Positions 11,818 through 23,493 of a stretch of 64,000 nucleotides of DNA are shown piece by piece. Positions within the stretch are counted from its first letter, which is position 1. Every line of letters starts with the position of its first letter. The position numbers and the translations under genes are program-made. This DNA is from a bacterium (GTDB lineage Bacteria; Zhuqueibacterota; Zhuqueibacteria; Residuimicrobiales; Krinioviventaceae). Under the pieces are notes generated by a model. It saw only the letters and a program-made list of their open reading frames with translations, was not told the origin of the DNA and searched no databases. The stretch covers positions 256,001 through 320,000 of the forward strand of contig CAXXFV010000008.1 in assembly GCA_963674595.2 (NCBI GenBank). Reading direction: 5' to 3'.

Positions 11818-13476
11818 ATGAGTCTAGATCGTTTGCATATTAAAGCCCCTGTTGGAAACACCCTCTCATGCAAAGGTTGGATACAGGAAGCTGCAATGCG
11901 TATGCTTATGAACAACCTTGATGCTAATGTTGCGGAGAACCCTCAGGAACTTGTAGTTTACGGCGGTTCCGGCAAAGCAGCGCGAAACTGGGCGTGTTAT
12001 GATGCAATTATTAAACATTTAAAGCTGCTTGAAGATGATGAAACCTTACTTGTTCAATCCGGCAAGCCTGTCGGTATTTTTCAAACACACACCAATGCGC
12101 CGCGTGTTTTAATTGCCAATTCTCTTCTTGTTCCTCATTGGGCCAATTGGGAAAATTTTAGAAAATATGAAAAAGCCGGTCTTACAATGTATGGTCAGAT
12201 GACGGCCGGAAGCTGGATATATATTGGCTCTCAGGGGATTTTACAGGGGACCTATGAAACATTTGCCCAGGCAGGCAAACAGCATTTTGATGGAAATTTT
12301 TCAAATAAATTGATTGTCACGGCAGGACTGGGAGGTATGGGAGGGGCCCAGCCTTTAGCCGCTACTATGAATTCTGCCACAATTTTAGCTGCTGAAGTTG
12401 ATAAAAGCCGTATTGTTAAAAGAATTGAAACCGGTTATTTGAATTTTTATTCAGATGATTTGGATCAGGCCATAAAAATGGCTTTATACGCCAGAGATAA
12501 TGGCAAACCTTATTCTGTTGGCTGGCTTGGTAATGCTGCGGATTTACTTGAGCGATTAATCAAGATGGACCTTATTCCGGATATGCTGACAGATCAAACT
12601 TCTGCTCATGATGAATTAAACGGTTATGTACCTGCCGGCATGAGCTTTGAACAAGCCGTCCAGTTAAGAAAATCAAATCCCGGTGAATATATAAATAAAT
12701 CATACGAAACCATGGCCCGGCATGTTCGTGCGATGCTTGAGCTGCAAAAAAGAGGTGCCATTACTTTTGACTATGGAAATAACATACGTGCGCAAGCCCT
12801 CAAAGCAGGTGTAGAAAACGCCTTTGACTTTAAGGGATTTGTTCCTTTATATATTCGTCCTCTGTTTTGCGAGGGTAAAGGTCCTTTTCGTTGGGTAGCT
12901 TTATCCGGTGATCCACAGGATATTGCCCGAACAGATGAAATTGTTGTCGACCTGTTTCCTGAAGACAAAGCATTGGTTCAATGGATTAAAATGGCTTCTG
13001 AAAAAATAAAGTTTCAAGGACTTCCATCGCGAATCTGCTGGTTAGGGTATGGTGACAGAGAAAAACTGGGACTTGCGATAAACAAGGCCGTTGCGGACGG
13101 CATTATCAGCGCCCCGATTGTAATAGGAAGAGATCATTTGGATGCGGGCTCAGTCGCATCACCAAATCGTGAAACAGAATTAATGAAAGACGGGTCTGAT
13201 GCTATTGCAGATTGGCCTATTTTAAATGCGTTATTAAACACAGCATCCGGTGCATCATGGGTTTCTGTGCATCATGGCGGTGGCGTTGGTATTGGCTATT
13301 CTTTGCATGCCGGACAGGTGATTGTTGCAGATGGAACCAAAGAAGCGGCATTTCGTTTAAAAAGGGTGTTAACAAATGATCCCGGAAGTGGTGTTATGAG
13401 GCATGTGGATGCAGGATATGAAAAAGCTATTGAAACGGCTAAAAATAAAAACATTAAAATTCCTGTCATAAATTAA
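11818..13476 (+). CDS. hutU: Urocanate hydratase
   Basis: [48 protein letters not shown]. Confidence 0.99.
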   Translation: MSLDRLHIKAPVGNTLSCKGWIQEAAMRMLMNNLDANVAENPQELVVYGGSGKAARNWACYDAIIKHLKLLEDDETLLVQSGKPVGIFQTHTNAPRVLIANSLLVPHWANWENFRKYEKAGLTMYGQMTAGSWIYIGSQGILQGTYETFAQAGKQHFDGNFSNKLIVTAGLGGMGGAQPLAATMNSATILAAEVDKSRIVKRIETGYLNFYSDDLDQAIKMALYARDNGKPYSVGWLGNAADLLERLIKMDLIPDMLTDQTSAHDELNGYVPAGMSFEQAVQLRKSNPGEYINKSYETMARHVRAMLELQKRGAITFDYGNNIRAQALKAGVENAFDFKGFVPLYIRPLFCEGKGPFRWVALSGDPQDIARTDEIVVDLFPEDKALVQWIKMASEKIKFQGLPSRICWLGYGDREKLGLAINKAVADGIISAPIVIGRDHLDAGSVASPNRETELMKDGSDAIADWPILNALLNTASGASWVSVHHGGGVGIGYSLHAGQVIVADGTKEAAFRLKRVLTNDPGSGVMRHVDAGYEKAIETAKNKNIKIPVIN

Positions 13477-13498
13477 GATAATAAAATTTAAGATTTTT

Positions 13499-14761
13499 TT
13501 GAAAAAAGCAAATCTAGTTATAAAAAATGCTCAACAACTGATCCAGCCGTTTTTTGATATATCTACAAAAAAAGCTGGTGTAACATACCTGGAAAATGCT
13601 TATATTGCCTGTGATGAAGAATGTATTGTTTTTACAGGTACAGAGGAAGAATTTAACCGCTCGATAAATTCTTTTGATGCTACTATTATAGATGCTTCCG
13701 GTAAAATTGTTTTACCGGGTTTTATCGATGCTCATACACACCCTGTTTTTGCTGAAACGCGTGAACGCGAATTTGAAATGCGAGCTATGGGAATGACTTA
13801 TGAGCAAATTGCATCTGCCGGTGGTGGAATAAGATCGAGCGTTCGTGCTTTACGAAATTCGAGTTTTGAACAATTGGTTGAGCTCGGTTTAAAACGTTTA
13901 GACCGGTTTTTAGCCTGCGGCACAACAACGATAGAAGCAAAAAGTGGTTATGGTTTGTCCTTAAAGGACGAGATTAAGATACTTGAAGTAATACGGGAAC
14001 TTGATAAATTACATCCCGTTGACCTGGTTCCCACATTTTTGGGAGCACATGAAATTCCGGACGAGTATCGAAATAAACGAGATCACTATATAGATATTGT
14101 TATAAACGAGATGATCCCTGCGGTTGCGGAACAAAAACTTGCTGTTTTTTGTGACGTATTTTACGAACACCATGTGTTTAACAGGGCTGAAACAGAAAGA
14201 ATAATTCAGGCCGGGATCGATTATGGACTTTATCCCAAACTCCATGTTGATCAATTATCAGATGGTCACGGTGCCGAACTTGCTGCAGATTTAAATACCG
14301 TTTCAGCGGATCATTTAGACTATATTAATGAACAGGGTATATATTCACTTGCTGAAAAAGATACCGTACCTGTTCTTTTGCCCGGTGCTGTTTTCTTTTT
14401 AGGATTGACGAAATATGCTCCGGCCCGAAAAATGATTGATGCAGGTTTACCAGTGGCTTTGGCCACGGATTTTAATCCGGGATCCTGTCCGTGTCAGTCA
14501 ATACCAATGATGATGTCTATTGCCTGTACTCACATGCAAATGAAAATTGATGAAGCTGTTTGTGCTGTAACTGTGCATGCCGCTTCAAGTATTCATAAAC
14601 AAAATTCATTGGGTACAATAAAAAACGGCATGCAGGCCGACCTGATTGTTTTAGATATTCCAAATTATAAATTAATCCCATATTATTTCGGAATGTCGTT
14701 TGTTGAGACAGTAATTAAAAATGGAAAATTAGTTGCAGAATTTAAGGTAAAATCTATATGA
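13499..14761 (+). CDS. hutI: Imidazolonepropionase
   Basis: PGFIDAHTH, EAKSGYGL, TFLGAH, ATDFNPG. Confidence 0.98.
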   Translation: MKKANLVIKNAQQLIQPFFDISTKKAGVTYLENAYIACDEECIVFTGTEEEFNRSINSFDATIIDASGKIVLPGFIDAHTHPVFAETREREFEMRAMGMTYEQIASAGGGIRSSVRALRNSSFEQLVELGLKRLDRFLACGTTTIEAKSGYGLSLKDEIKILEVIRELDKLHPVDLVPTFLGAHEIPDEYRNKRDHYIDIVINEMIPAVAEQKLAVFCDVFYEHHVFNRAETERIIQAGIDYGLYPKLHVDQLSDGHGAELAADLNTVSADHLDYINEQGIYSLAEKDTVPVLLPGAVFFLGLTKYAPARKMIDAGLPVALATDFNPGSCPCQSIPMMMSIACTHMQMKIDEAVCAVTVHAASSIHKQNSLGTIKNGMQADLIVLDIPNYKLIPYYFGMSFVETVIKNGKLVAEFKVKSI

Positions 14762-15993
14762 AACAAAAATTCCCTTTTCTAATTAAACCGGTGAAAATGA
14801 TTATATTATTAGGAATCGTTATTTTAGGCTTTTCATTTTGTACAAATGATAAACCCTTGCCAAGCGGTTTTGAAATTTTACCAAGAGATTATAAAGGCGA
14901 TTTAAAGGAAATTGTGCTCAAAGCAAAAAAAGTTGCTTCTTTTTGGAGTATTCCTCTTGCCGGACAACGGTCCTCTCTTTTGGTTGGTGAACATAATAAC
15001 ATTAAATCTTCCTGTGTTTTGGCTTTAACAACTTCCGCAGAATTATCGGATGTAACCATTGATAAAGCTACACTTTCACTCTATCAAACATTTCATTCCG
15101 GAGAAGGTGATTCCTTTCGTGTTGTTATTTATCCAATAATAGAACAATGGATTAACTCTGGTGACAGTGCTTTTTGGAATGATATACAGAATATGTACGA
15201 TGAGAATACCGTTGTTGGTGAATTTAAAGTCGGAATGGCCGATAGTGCACAGATCATTGACATTGACCTTGACCCACAAATCGTAGATGGCTGGTTTAGT
15301 GATACTGACTCCAACTATGGTATTTTACTTAAAAGTGAACAGCCGAATTTTATGGTTCATTTCGATTCTTATGAGGGTCTTGTTACTCCTGCCAACCTTA
15401 ATGTCATCTATCACAATACCAGTAACGAATCCGACACATCGAATTTTTCATTTATATATGATACCAGCCTGTTAACAGCAGAGTTGACAGAACCTGAAGA
15501 TCAACTCCTTGAAGATATTGATTATTTGCAAATTGGTAATGGTAATGGTTTTGCCTCGTTTGTCAAGTTTGATTTGGATTCTATTCCAAGTGAAATATCC
15601 ATCGTTCAGGCACATCTGGAATTTCAGGTAAATACAGATTTGACAATTATGAACGAAACAGGTATCGGGCTTGTTGCCGTACCTATTGGTCCTGCAGCAA
15701 GTTGGGACCCGGATTCTGTAAATACAGCCAGTTCCTATATGTCGACTTGTGTGGTTGAACAAGGTGAATCGGTAGCCGCTTTTAATACTACTACTGCATA
15801 TTCAAACATGACTACAGTTGTCCAATCATGGGTATATAATTATATTTCAAACTATGGACTGATGATTCGTTCTTCAGAATATGGACTGAATGCAAATGAG
15901 ATTTTCCTGCATACAGGAAAGACCGATTCATCCAAAATACCTATTTTGAGAATATTATATTCTGTACCTCCTTCAAATCGTTTTATTGAATAA
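14758..15993 (+). CDS. Probable lipoprotein with two tandem beta-sandwich (DNRLRE/CBM96/DUF4270-like) domains; candidate BamH homolog
   Basis: Hydrophobic N-terminus ending GFSF-C; internal duplication IDKATLSLY..IVDGW..NYGILLKS versus IVQAHLEFQ..VVQSW..NYGLMIRS. Confidence 0.6.
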   Translation: MKQKFPFLIKPVKMIILLGIVILGFSFCTNDKPLPSGFEILPRDYKGDLKEIVLKAKKVASFWSIPLAGQRSSLLVGEHNNIKSSCVLALTTSAELSDVTIDKATLSLYQTFHSGEGDSFRVVIYPIIEQWINSGDSAFWNDIQNMYDENTVVGEFKVGMADSAQIIDIDLDPQIVDGWFSDTDSNYGILLKSEQPNFMVHFDSYEGLVTPANLNVIYHNTSNESDTSNFSFIYDTSLLTAELTEPEDQLLEDIDYLQIGNGNGFASFVKFDLDSIPSEISIVQAHLEFQVNTDLTIMNETGIGLVAVPIGPAASWDPDSVNTASSYMSTCVVEQGESVAAFNTTTAYSNMTTVVQSWVYNYISNYGLMIRSSEYGLNANEIFLHTGKTDSSKIPILRILYSVPPSNRFIE

Positions 15994-16038
15994 TTGATAG
16001 TCTATCTTAACTACGAAATTAAACTATAGAGACATATT

Positions 16039-17268
16039 GTGATGAATAGATTTTTAAAAAAATATCTACAAAAAGGTTTGACACTGCTTATCCTGGCTTT
16101 TGTTTGTCTGCCTCCTACTCAGTTATTTGCTGATTCGATTTATTCAGCTTTGGGGTTAGGCCTGCCTTCATATTTTGTTTCACCCAAAGCCGTCGGTATG
16201 GGTGGTGCAGGACTTGCTGTAATTGATTTTTATGCGCTAAATTCAATGAATATGGCAGCTGTTGATATTCGTGGTATTACGTCAGTTGCAGTTGATTATG
16301 TTTATGAATCTGTTGATAATCGGTTTGATGGTAATAAAATTAATACCCGTCAGGGAAGAGCAGCCGGTTTTCGCCTTATCTTACCTTTAAAACGTCATAT
16401 TAATCTGATTGTTGCCTTTAAACCGTTGGTCAGTTCTAAATATGTGTTGTCTACCAACAGTGTTTCCAGCCAAGATGTTCCATATTATAGATTAATAAGA
16501 GGAAATGGCGGTTTAAGCTCGGGAATTCTGGGTGTTCAATATATTTTTAATAAATATTTATCAGTAGGAGCCGGTGCTCATATAAACTTTGGAAGTTATG
16601 AGGAAGACTGGCATTTAAAATTTGGAAATTCAAGCTATAATGACCTGACGGATGAAACCCGAAACCATTTAAATGGACCCGGATTTGAAATCGGACTTTT
16701 AACCAGACCAACAAATTCCTTATCTTTTGGTTTGGTTTATATTAGTAAAAGTACATTGGATTTGGAATCCAAAAAAGTTATCGGTGGAACACTAACAACA
16801 GAAGCTGTAGATGCAGATATAAAATATCCATCTTGCGTTGGTATTGGATCGTCGTATAAATTGAAAAAGTTATTGTTTGCCTTTGATTATTATACACAAT
16901 TCTGGAGTAACTATTCAATAAATGGTATAAAAAAAGATAATTTTAATGATTACCAGCGGATTGGTGGCGGTATTGAATATGTTGATTCAAATGATGTATT
17001 TGTCAAGTATTTAAGACGCATCCCGATTCGTGTTGGAGCGTATTATGCAAAATTACCATTTATTGATGAACAAAATAGTGCAGTTACAGAAAAATTTATC
17101 ACTTTTGGGCTAGGTCTTCCATACCATAAACATCTTGGACGTGTTGATCTGTCTTTTGAATACGGAAAGCGTGGAGACTCTGGCAAAAACCAATATGAAG
17201 ATAAAATTATGAGGTTTTCTGTCAGCATAACAGGCAGCGAACTTTGGTTCCAGAGACGTCATAATTGA
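16039..17268 (+). CDS. FadL/OmpP1-like outer-membrane beta-barrel; candidate BamG homolog
   Basis: Signal peptide, SIYSALGLG...AVGMGGAG plug-like N-terminus, amphipathic beta-strands, C-terminal ELWFQRR. Confidence 0.7.
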   Translation: MMNRFLKKYLQKGLTLLILAFVCLPPTQLFADSIYSALGLGLPSYFVSPKAVGMGGAGLAVIDFYALNSMNMAAVDIRGITSVAVDYVYESVDNRFDGNKINTRQGRAAGFRLILPLKRHINLIVAFKPLVSSKYVLSTNSVSSQDVPYYRLIRGNGGLSSGILGVQYIFNKYLSVGAGAHINFGSYEEDWHLKFGNSSYNDLTDETRNHLNGPGFEIGLLTRPTNSLSFGLVYISKSTLDLESKKVIGGTLTTEAVDADIKYPSCVGIGSSYKLKKLLFAFDYYTQFWSNYSINGIKKDNFNDYQRIGGGIEYVDSNDVFVKYLRRIPIRVGAYYAKLPFIDEQNSAVTEKFITFGLGLPYHKHLGRVDLSFEYGKRGDSGKNQYEDKIMRFSVSITGSELWFQRRHN

Positions 17269-17286
17269 TATAAAAGAAAAATTTGC

Positions 17287-17315
17287 TTGATTTTTAGGCA
17301 ACTTTTGGCTAAAAT
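17287..17315 (+). promoter_or_regulatory. Putative sigma70 promoter for the TPR gene
   Basis: TTGATT-17 nt-TAAAAT. Confidence 0.55.
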
Positions 17316-17396
17316 AACTTTTAACTCTATGTAAACAATTTTATATGCTTACTTTTTAAGCCTAGTTAATTATAACTTTCGAAGGAGGATGCTTCG

Positions 17397-18674
17397 GTGT
17401 TGTCAAAAAGGACATGGTATAATGTAATAAGTAGTGCTATTATTGTGGTGATGATAGCTATTTTAACAACCTCATTAATGACCAGTTGTGCAAGTTCCGG
17501 TGGTGCAAGTAAAGTTGCCGTTAGCCCGGAACGCCAAAAAGCCGTTCAAGATTCTCTCAATAAAATTTGGGAGCGTAAGCTTTTAATCGCCTGGAGTACC
17601 GCTTACGAGCATCATAAAAACAAACTGTATAAAGAAGCAATTCCAAGTTTTTGGAAAGTGTTTAAAATGGATACTGTTAAAAAGTTTCCTGATCTTTATA
17701 CATTTCTTGGTGATTGTTATGTCAAGCTAAATAATCCTGATAGTGCGGAAGTTGTCTATCGTTTGGGAACTGAACGGTTTCCTGAAAAAAGCCATTACCA
17801 TCGTAGTTTAGCGTGGTTACTTTCAGCAAAGGGAGAAAATTCTGAAGCTATCGAACAATATCAGGAGACAATCGAGCTAGCCCAGGATAATGCAAGTGAC
17901 TTTAAAGAATTAGCAAATTTATTGGTAAAAGAGGACCGTATTGAAGAGGCCATTGATGCTTATAATAAATACCTCGAATTAAATCCGAATGATTTGGAAG
18001 TTAAAGAAATTGTCGGTACCCTTTTCCGGACTACGGGTAATGAAGATGCTTACATTGAATCATTAATTGAAACCGTAAAGAATGATCCTGAAAATACCAA
18101 AGCAATGTTTACGTTGGGTGAAATTTATTTTAAAAGGGCAAACTATACCCAGGCTATTGAATATTTGAATAAATATTTAGCCATTAAACCTGACGATGTA
18201 ATCGCTTTAGAGTATGTGGGTAATGCCCAACAAAATTTGGGTCAGTTTAATAAAGCTATAGCCACTTATGATAAAATTTTGGCAGTAGATGCAACCCACA
18301 AAAAAGTATTATGTGAAATGGCAACTTGTTATCGCGAATTGGGTCAGTTGTCCAAAGCCCGTAGTACAGCTAACAGGGCCCTTAAAATTGATTCTGAATA
18401 TGGTTTAGCCTATATCGTTCGTGGTGAAGTTTACGAGGACGCTGTTGATGGTTGTCTCAGTAAAAGAGACAAAAGAATTGTAAAATTTGACGACAAGTTA
18501 ATATACAAAATGGCTTATGATGAATACGCCAAAGCTCTAAAATCTTTTGAAACTGCTGACATTGCAAAAAAGAGAATGAGCTACATCCAACCTGATATTC
18601 CGACTACAGAAGATTACTTTATGCATCCCGATCAGAAAAAAGCCAGACTCGACTGTTACAAGTGGATTTATTAA
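17397..18674 (+). CDS. Tetratricopeptide-repeat lipoprotein
   Basis: Lipobox LMTS-C; repeated TPR units (AIEYLNKYLAIKPDD, AIDAYNKYLELNPND); AAGGAGG SD. Confidence 0.88.
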   Translation: MLSKRTWYNVISSAIIVVMIAILTTSLMTSCASSGGASKVAVSPERQKAVQDSLNKIWERKLLIAWSTAYEHHKNKLYKEAIPSFWKVFKMDTVKKFPDLYTFLGDCYVKLNNPDSAEVVYRLGTERFPEKSHYHRSLAWLLSAKGENSEAIEQYQETIELAQDNASDFKELANLLVKEDRIEEAIDAYNKYLELNPNDLEVKEIVGTLFRTTGNEDAYIESLIETVKNDPENTKAMFTLGEIYFKRANYTQAIEYLNKYLAIKPDDVIALEYVGNAQQNLGQFNKAIATYDKILAVDATHKKVLCEMATCYRELGQLSKARSTANRALKIDSEYGLAYIVRGEVYEDAVDGCLSKRDKRIVKFDDKLIYKMAYDEYAKALKSFETADIAKKRMSYIQPDIPTTEDYFMHPDQKKARLDCYKWIY

Positions 18675-18698
18675 TCTTATAAATTAAAATACAATTTT

Positions 18699-18741
18699 TC
18701 AATAGAGAGGATTTTCTAAAATCCTTTCTATTGATTTATTT
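18699..18741 (+). terminator. Terminator-like inverted repeat after the TPR gene
   Basis: TCAATAGAGAGGATTTT-CT-AAAATCCTTTCTATTGA then TTTATTT. Confidence 0.65.
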
Positions 18742-18768
18742 GTAACAACGGTATCCTGAGGAGTATTT

Positions 18769-19209
18769 ATGTCTATTGCTATCGGTTCTGATCACGCCGG
18801 ATACCCACTTAAAAAGTTTGTTATAGATTTTTTTGAAAAAAATAAAATAGACTATTGTGATTTGGGTGCGTTTAGTGAAGAGCAAGTTGATTATCCGGAT
18901 TTTGCACACAAAGTTGCTCAAGCTGTTTCAGAAGGAAAACATGAAAGTGGAATTGTAATTTGTGGTACTGGAATAGGTGTTTCCATTGTTGCAAACAAGC
19001 ATAAAAATATTCGGGCGGCATTGTGCTGTTCTGTTTTTATGGCTGAAATGGCCAGAAAACATAACAATGCCAATATTTTAGCGTTAGGTGCCCGTACGAC
19101 TGAAGAAAATGATGCTATCAACATTGTAAAAACTTTTTTAAATACTGATTTTGAAGGCGGCAGGCATGCTATCCGCGTTAATAAAATATCAGCTTTTTCT
19201 GAAAAATAA
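18769..19209 (+). CDS. rpiB: Ribose 5-phosphate isomerase B
   Basis: GSDHAG, CGTGIG, HNNAN, FEGGRH. Confidence 0.98.
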   Translation: MSIAIGSDHAGYPLKKFVIDFFEKNKIDYCDLGAFSEEQVDYPDFAHKVAQAVSEGKHESGIVICGTGIGVSIVANKHKNIRAALCCSVFMAEMARKHNNANILALGARTTEENDAINIVKTFLNTDFEGGRHAIRVNKISAFSEK

Positions 19210-19220
19210 ATAGGAATTTT

Positions 19221-20495
19221 ATGTCTTTACAAAAAACAGATCCTGTTGTTTTTGATGCAATACAAAGTGAATTGTCCCGTCAGAATGATAAACTGGAACT
19301 TATTGCTTCTGAAAATTTTGTAAGTCAGGCCGTATTGGATGCAATGGGCCAGGTGATGACCAACAAGTATGCTGAAGGTTATCCTGCTAAACGATATTAT
19401 GGCGGTTGTGAATACGTAGATGTTGTGGAAAACCTGGCGAGGGAGAGGGCACAGCAACTTTTTAAGGCAGATCATGCAAATGTTCAGCCCCATTCCGGTT
19501 CTCAGGCAAACATGGCAGCTTATTTTAGCCTGATAAACTATGGTGATAAAGTCATGGGCATGGATTTATCGCACGGCGGGCATTTGACACATGGAAGTCC
19601 TGTTAATTTTTCAGGACGTTTTTTCGATATGGTCCATTATGGTGTTGACAAGACCGGTTATATTGATATGAACCAGGTTGAAGAACTGGCCTTGAAAGAA
19701 AAACCAAAATTGATTATAACCGGCGCAAGTGCCTATGCCAGAGAGATTGATTACAAGACATTTCGGCAAATTGCAGATAAAATTAATGCAAAATTAATTT
19801 CAGATATTGCCCATCCTGCGGGTCTTATTGCGGCTGGAATTATAAAAAGCCCTATCGAATATTGTCATATTGTTACGACTACAACCCACAAAACATTACG
19901 CGGCCCCAGAGGCGGAATGATTTTGGTGGGCAAAAATGCTGAAAACGACCTGGGAATAAAAACCCCAAAAGGAAATCTTAAAACATGGTCTCAAATTGTT
20001 GATTCAAATGTTTTCCCGGGATTCCAGGGTGGTCCTTTAATGCATGTAATTGCGGCAAAGGCTGTTGCGTTTCAGGAAGCTTTGCAGCCGGAATTTGTAG
20101 AATATCAAAAACAAGTTGTTAAAAATGCAAAGGCATTAGCTGCCGCGCTTGTTGAAAAAGGTTATCATATCGTATCCGGCGGTACGGATACACATGTTAT
20201 GCTGGTTGACGTTAGAAATCATAATATTAACGGTAAAGAATCAGAAAAAGCCCTGGACAATGCCGGTATAACAGTGAACAAAAATATGGTTCCATTTGAT
20301 GATGCCAGTCCATTTATTACCAGTGGAATTCGGCTCGGAACACCGGCCATGACAACCCGCGGTATGAAACAAGATGAAATGCAAATTATTGCAAATTTGA
20401 TTGATAAAGTATTATGTAATATTTCTGATGAAACAGTTCAGAGCAATGTCAAAAACGAAGTATTAGACTTGTGTAAACAGTTTCCATTATACTAA
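19221..20495 (+). CDS. glyA: Serine hydroxymethyltransferase
   Basis: [36 protein letters not shown]. Confidence 0.99.
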   Translation: MSLQKTDPVVFDAIQSELSRQNDKLELIASENFVSQAVLDAMGQVMTNKYAEGYPAKRYYGGCEYVDVVENLARERAQQLFKADHANVQPHSGSQANMAAYFSLINYGDKVMGMDLSHGGHLTHGSPVNFSGRFFDMVHYGVDKTGYIDMNQVEELALKEKPKLIITGASAYAREIDYKTFRQIADKINAKLISDIAHPAGLIAAGIIKSPIEYCHIVTTTTHKTLRGPRGGMILVGKNAENDLGIKTPKGNLKTWSQIVDSNVFPGFQGGPLMHVIAAKAVAFQEALQPEFVEYQKQVVKNAKALAAALVEKGYHIVSGGTDTHVMLVDVRNHNINGKESEKALDNAGITVNKNMVPFDDASPFITSGIRLGTPAMTTRGMKQDEMQIIANLIDKVLCNISDETVQSNVKNEVLDLCKQFPLY

Positions 20496-20507
20496 AGATT
20501 TGTTTTT

Positions 20508-20951
20508 ATGAAGTGTCCTTTTTGTACCTACCATGATACCAAAGTTATCGACTCCCGTACACGTGACGGTGGACGTGCCATCCGACGCAGACGTGAATGT
20601 TTAAAATGCCAACGAAGATTTACAACACGTGAACAAGTTGACGAAATTGCGCTTATGGTAATAAAACAGGATGGGGGAAGGGAAGAGTTTGATCGTAATA
20701 AACTAACCAAAGGAATACAGTTTGCCTGTATAAAACGGCCTGTTTCTATGGCGGCTATTGAACAGCTCGTCTCTAAAATTGAATATGAATTACGTGACCA
20801 ACGGGAAGAAGTTGAATCCAGAATTGTTGGCGAAATGGTCATGGATGAGTTGAAAGAATTAGATGAAATTGCCTACGTTAGATTTGCATCTGTTTACAGA
20901 AATTTTCAAGCCAAAGAAGAATTTTTAAGCGAGTTAAAACATTTAAAATGA
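20508..20951 (+). CDS. nrdR: Transcriptional repressor NrdR
   Basis: MKCPFC...VIDSR...RRRREC, ATP cone, AYVRFASVY. Confidence 0.98.
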   Translation: MKCPFCTYHDTKVIDSRTRDGGRAIRRRRECLKCQRRFTTREQVDEIALMVIKQDGGREEFDRNKLTKGIQFACIKRPVSMAAIEQLVSKIEYELRDQREEVESRIVGEMVMDELKELDEIAYVRFASVYRNFQAKEEFLSELKHLK

Positions 20952-21070
20952 TACGAATCTCTCATCCTTCAAGTCAGCTTCTTTTCATTCAATCCATTAT
21001 TTATGCTTCATCTCTATATAAAAATTTGATAAACAAACTTGTTAGAAGGAGATTGATCTAACTTTTTGCT

Positions 21071-22413
21071 ATGGAGAAAGTTTTGGGAATTTTCAATTCA
21101 AAAGGTTTTACCGGCGGAATTCACCCACCGGAAAACAAATTAACGGAAAAAACAGGCCATTGAAATTTGTCCTGTTCCAGATACAGTTATAATACCTGTT
21201 CAACAACATATTGGCGCACCTTCTAAGCCGATAGTTGAAAAAGGTGACACTGTTAAAATTGGTGATTTAGTTAGTGAAAGTACGGGATTTGTTTCCGTAC
21301 CATCGCATGCCAGTATATCAGGTACTGTACAGGCGGTCGAAGAACGGGTCCAATCCTCTTGGCACTAAAGTGCTCTCAATTGTCATTGAAAATGATGGTG
21401 AGGATGCCTGGAACACAGATATTAAAAAAGATGATAATTATCTGGATTTGGATAAAAAGGAAATTTTAAGCCGAATTCAGAAGGCTGGTATTGCAGGAAT
21501 GGGCGGAGCGGCATTTCCGGCCCATGTAAAGCAAAGTCCGCCGGCGGATAAACCTATTGATACCTTGTTGCTGAATGGCGCAGAATGTGAACCTTACCTC
21601 ACTTCAGACCACAGGGTTATGTTGGAGCAAGCTGAAAAGGTCCTTTTAGGGATGCAGATCATCATCAAGGTCCTGGGAGCCAAAAAAGGTGTCATTGGTA
21701 TTGAAAATAATAAAATGGATGCGGTGCGGGTATTACGGGATACCGCTCAAAAATTAAATCTTCCTTATGAAATCATCCCCCTTCATGTAAAATATCCACA
21801 GGGTGCAGAAAAACAACTTATTAAAGCTATTACAAAGCGAAAAGTACCTTGTGGCGGATTGCCGATGGATGTAGGCTGTGTTGTACAAAACGTTGGAACG
21901 GCCGCTGCAATTTACGATGCCGTTGCTTTAAATCGTCCTATGATTGATCGTGTTGTGACTGTTACCGGTGCCGGCGTCCAAAATCCAAAGAATCTGCTGG
22001 TAAGAATTGGAACACCCTATTCATTTCTGTTTGAACAATGCGGTGGATTAAAAGACAATGCCGGAAAGATTATTAATGGCGGCCCAATGATGGGATTGGC
22101 CCAATATTCATTAGATACACCTGTTATTAAAGGAACATCCGGATTACTGGTTTTGGATGAAAAACAGGGAAAACAGAGACCCGAGTCGGTTTGTATTTCC
22201 TGTGCTCGTTGTATCGACGTGTGCCCGATGGGGCTTTTACCTAAAATGCTGGGCGCTTATGTTAAACACGGAATGTTTGACAAGGCCCATGAAAACAATG
22301 TATTGGATTGTATTGAATGCGGCTCTTGTGCCTATGTTTGTCCGGCCCATATCAATCTTGTTCATCTTGTTAAATTTGGTAAGAGCCAGGTAATTAAAAG
22401 TTTAAAAAAATAG
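21071..22413 (+). CDS. rnfC: Rnf complex subunit C, split by two +1 homopolymer indels (about 21147-21152 and 21346-21348; probable sequencing errors)
   Basis: Across three frames: FTGGIHPPENK / QQHIGAP...HASISGTV / GMGGAAFP, NGAECEPY, KYPQGAEKQL and two 4Fe-4S motifs; start is ATG 21071 or TTG 21083. Confidence 0.93.
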
Positions 22414-22454
22414 AATTAATCGTTATCGAATATGAAAATTGAGTAAAAGACCTG

Positions 22455-23493
22455 ATGGAAAAAAAACTTTTTGTATCAAGTTCGCCCCATATTGTTGACC
22501 AGGAATCTGTTTCGAAAATTATGTATACTGTAACGGCCACATTGGTCCCCGCAGGATTTGGAGCAGTTTATTTCTTTGGTATAAGGGCGTTGTGGGTAAT
22601 TTTAATAAGCATAATTTCTGCTGTTGTTACAGAGGCAGGACTGCAAAAACTGATGAAAAAACCGATAACCGTGCATGACGGCAGCGCCATTTTAACAGGA
22701 TTACTGCTGGCTTATAATGTTTCAGCCCAGGTTCCTTTGTGGATGCCGGCAATCGGCTCTTTTTTTCGCTATTGCTGTTGGTAAAATGGTATTTGGCGGT
22801 TTGGGATATAATCCCATGAACCCGGCCCTGTTAGGACGAGCTTTTTTGTTAGCCTCCTGGCCGACACATATGACGATTTTTAGTGATGCCCCACCTGTTG
22901 GCGGTACTGTTTCCGGTATTGATGTTTTTACAAGTGCCACACCTCTTAATATACTAAAACAATCAAAAGATATTTTAGCTAACGCTTCTGAATTTCCTAT
23001 TGAAAAAGTAACCCATGCACACGAAGCAATAGGTAAATTGTACGATTCAATAGATACCTTGTTCTGGGGACGTGTTGGCGGTTGTCTTGGTGAAACGTCG
23101 GCATTTTTGCTTTTAATAGGTGCCGCTTTTTTAATGTATAAACGATATATCGGTTGGAAAATTCCTTTCAGTTATATTGGTACAGTTGCATTGCTCAGTT
23201 GGATTTTTGGCGGGACTGACGGTTTGTTTAGCGGAAATGTATTGTTTCACATCTTTTCCGGCGGTCTTATTTTAGGCGCGTTTTATATGGCAACAGACAT
23301 GGTTACATCTCCTGTAACCTTTAAAGGAAGAATTTATTTTGGTATTGGCTGCGGTGTGATAACTTTTGTGATCCGGCAAGTTGGCGGATACCCCGAAGGA
23401 GTTTCATACTCGATTTTGTTGATGAACCTTGTTGTGCCGATTCTTGACAGATTGACAAAACCCAAAGTTTTTGGAGGTAAAAAAGCATCATGA
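22455..23493 (+). CDS. rnfD: Rnf complex subunit D, split by one extra T in a T7 run (22760-22766)
   Basis: SSSPH N-terminus; removing one T gives IGSFFAIAVGKMVFGGLG.NPMNPAL; FMN site TSATPL; GGCLGETS; MATD. Confidence 0.94.

Noticed and set aside
20952-21070. Rex, FNR or NrdR operator upstream of rnfC
   Set aside because: No convincing palindrome matching these consensus sequences
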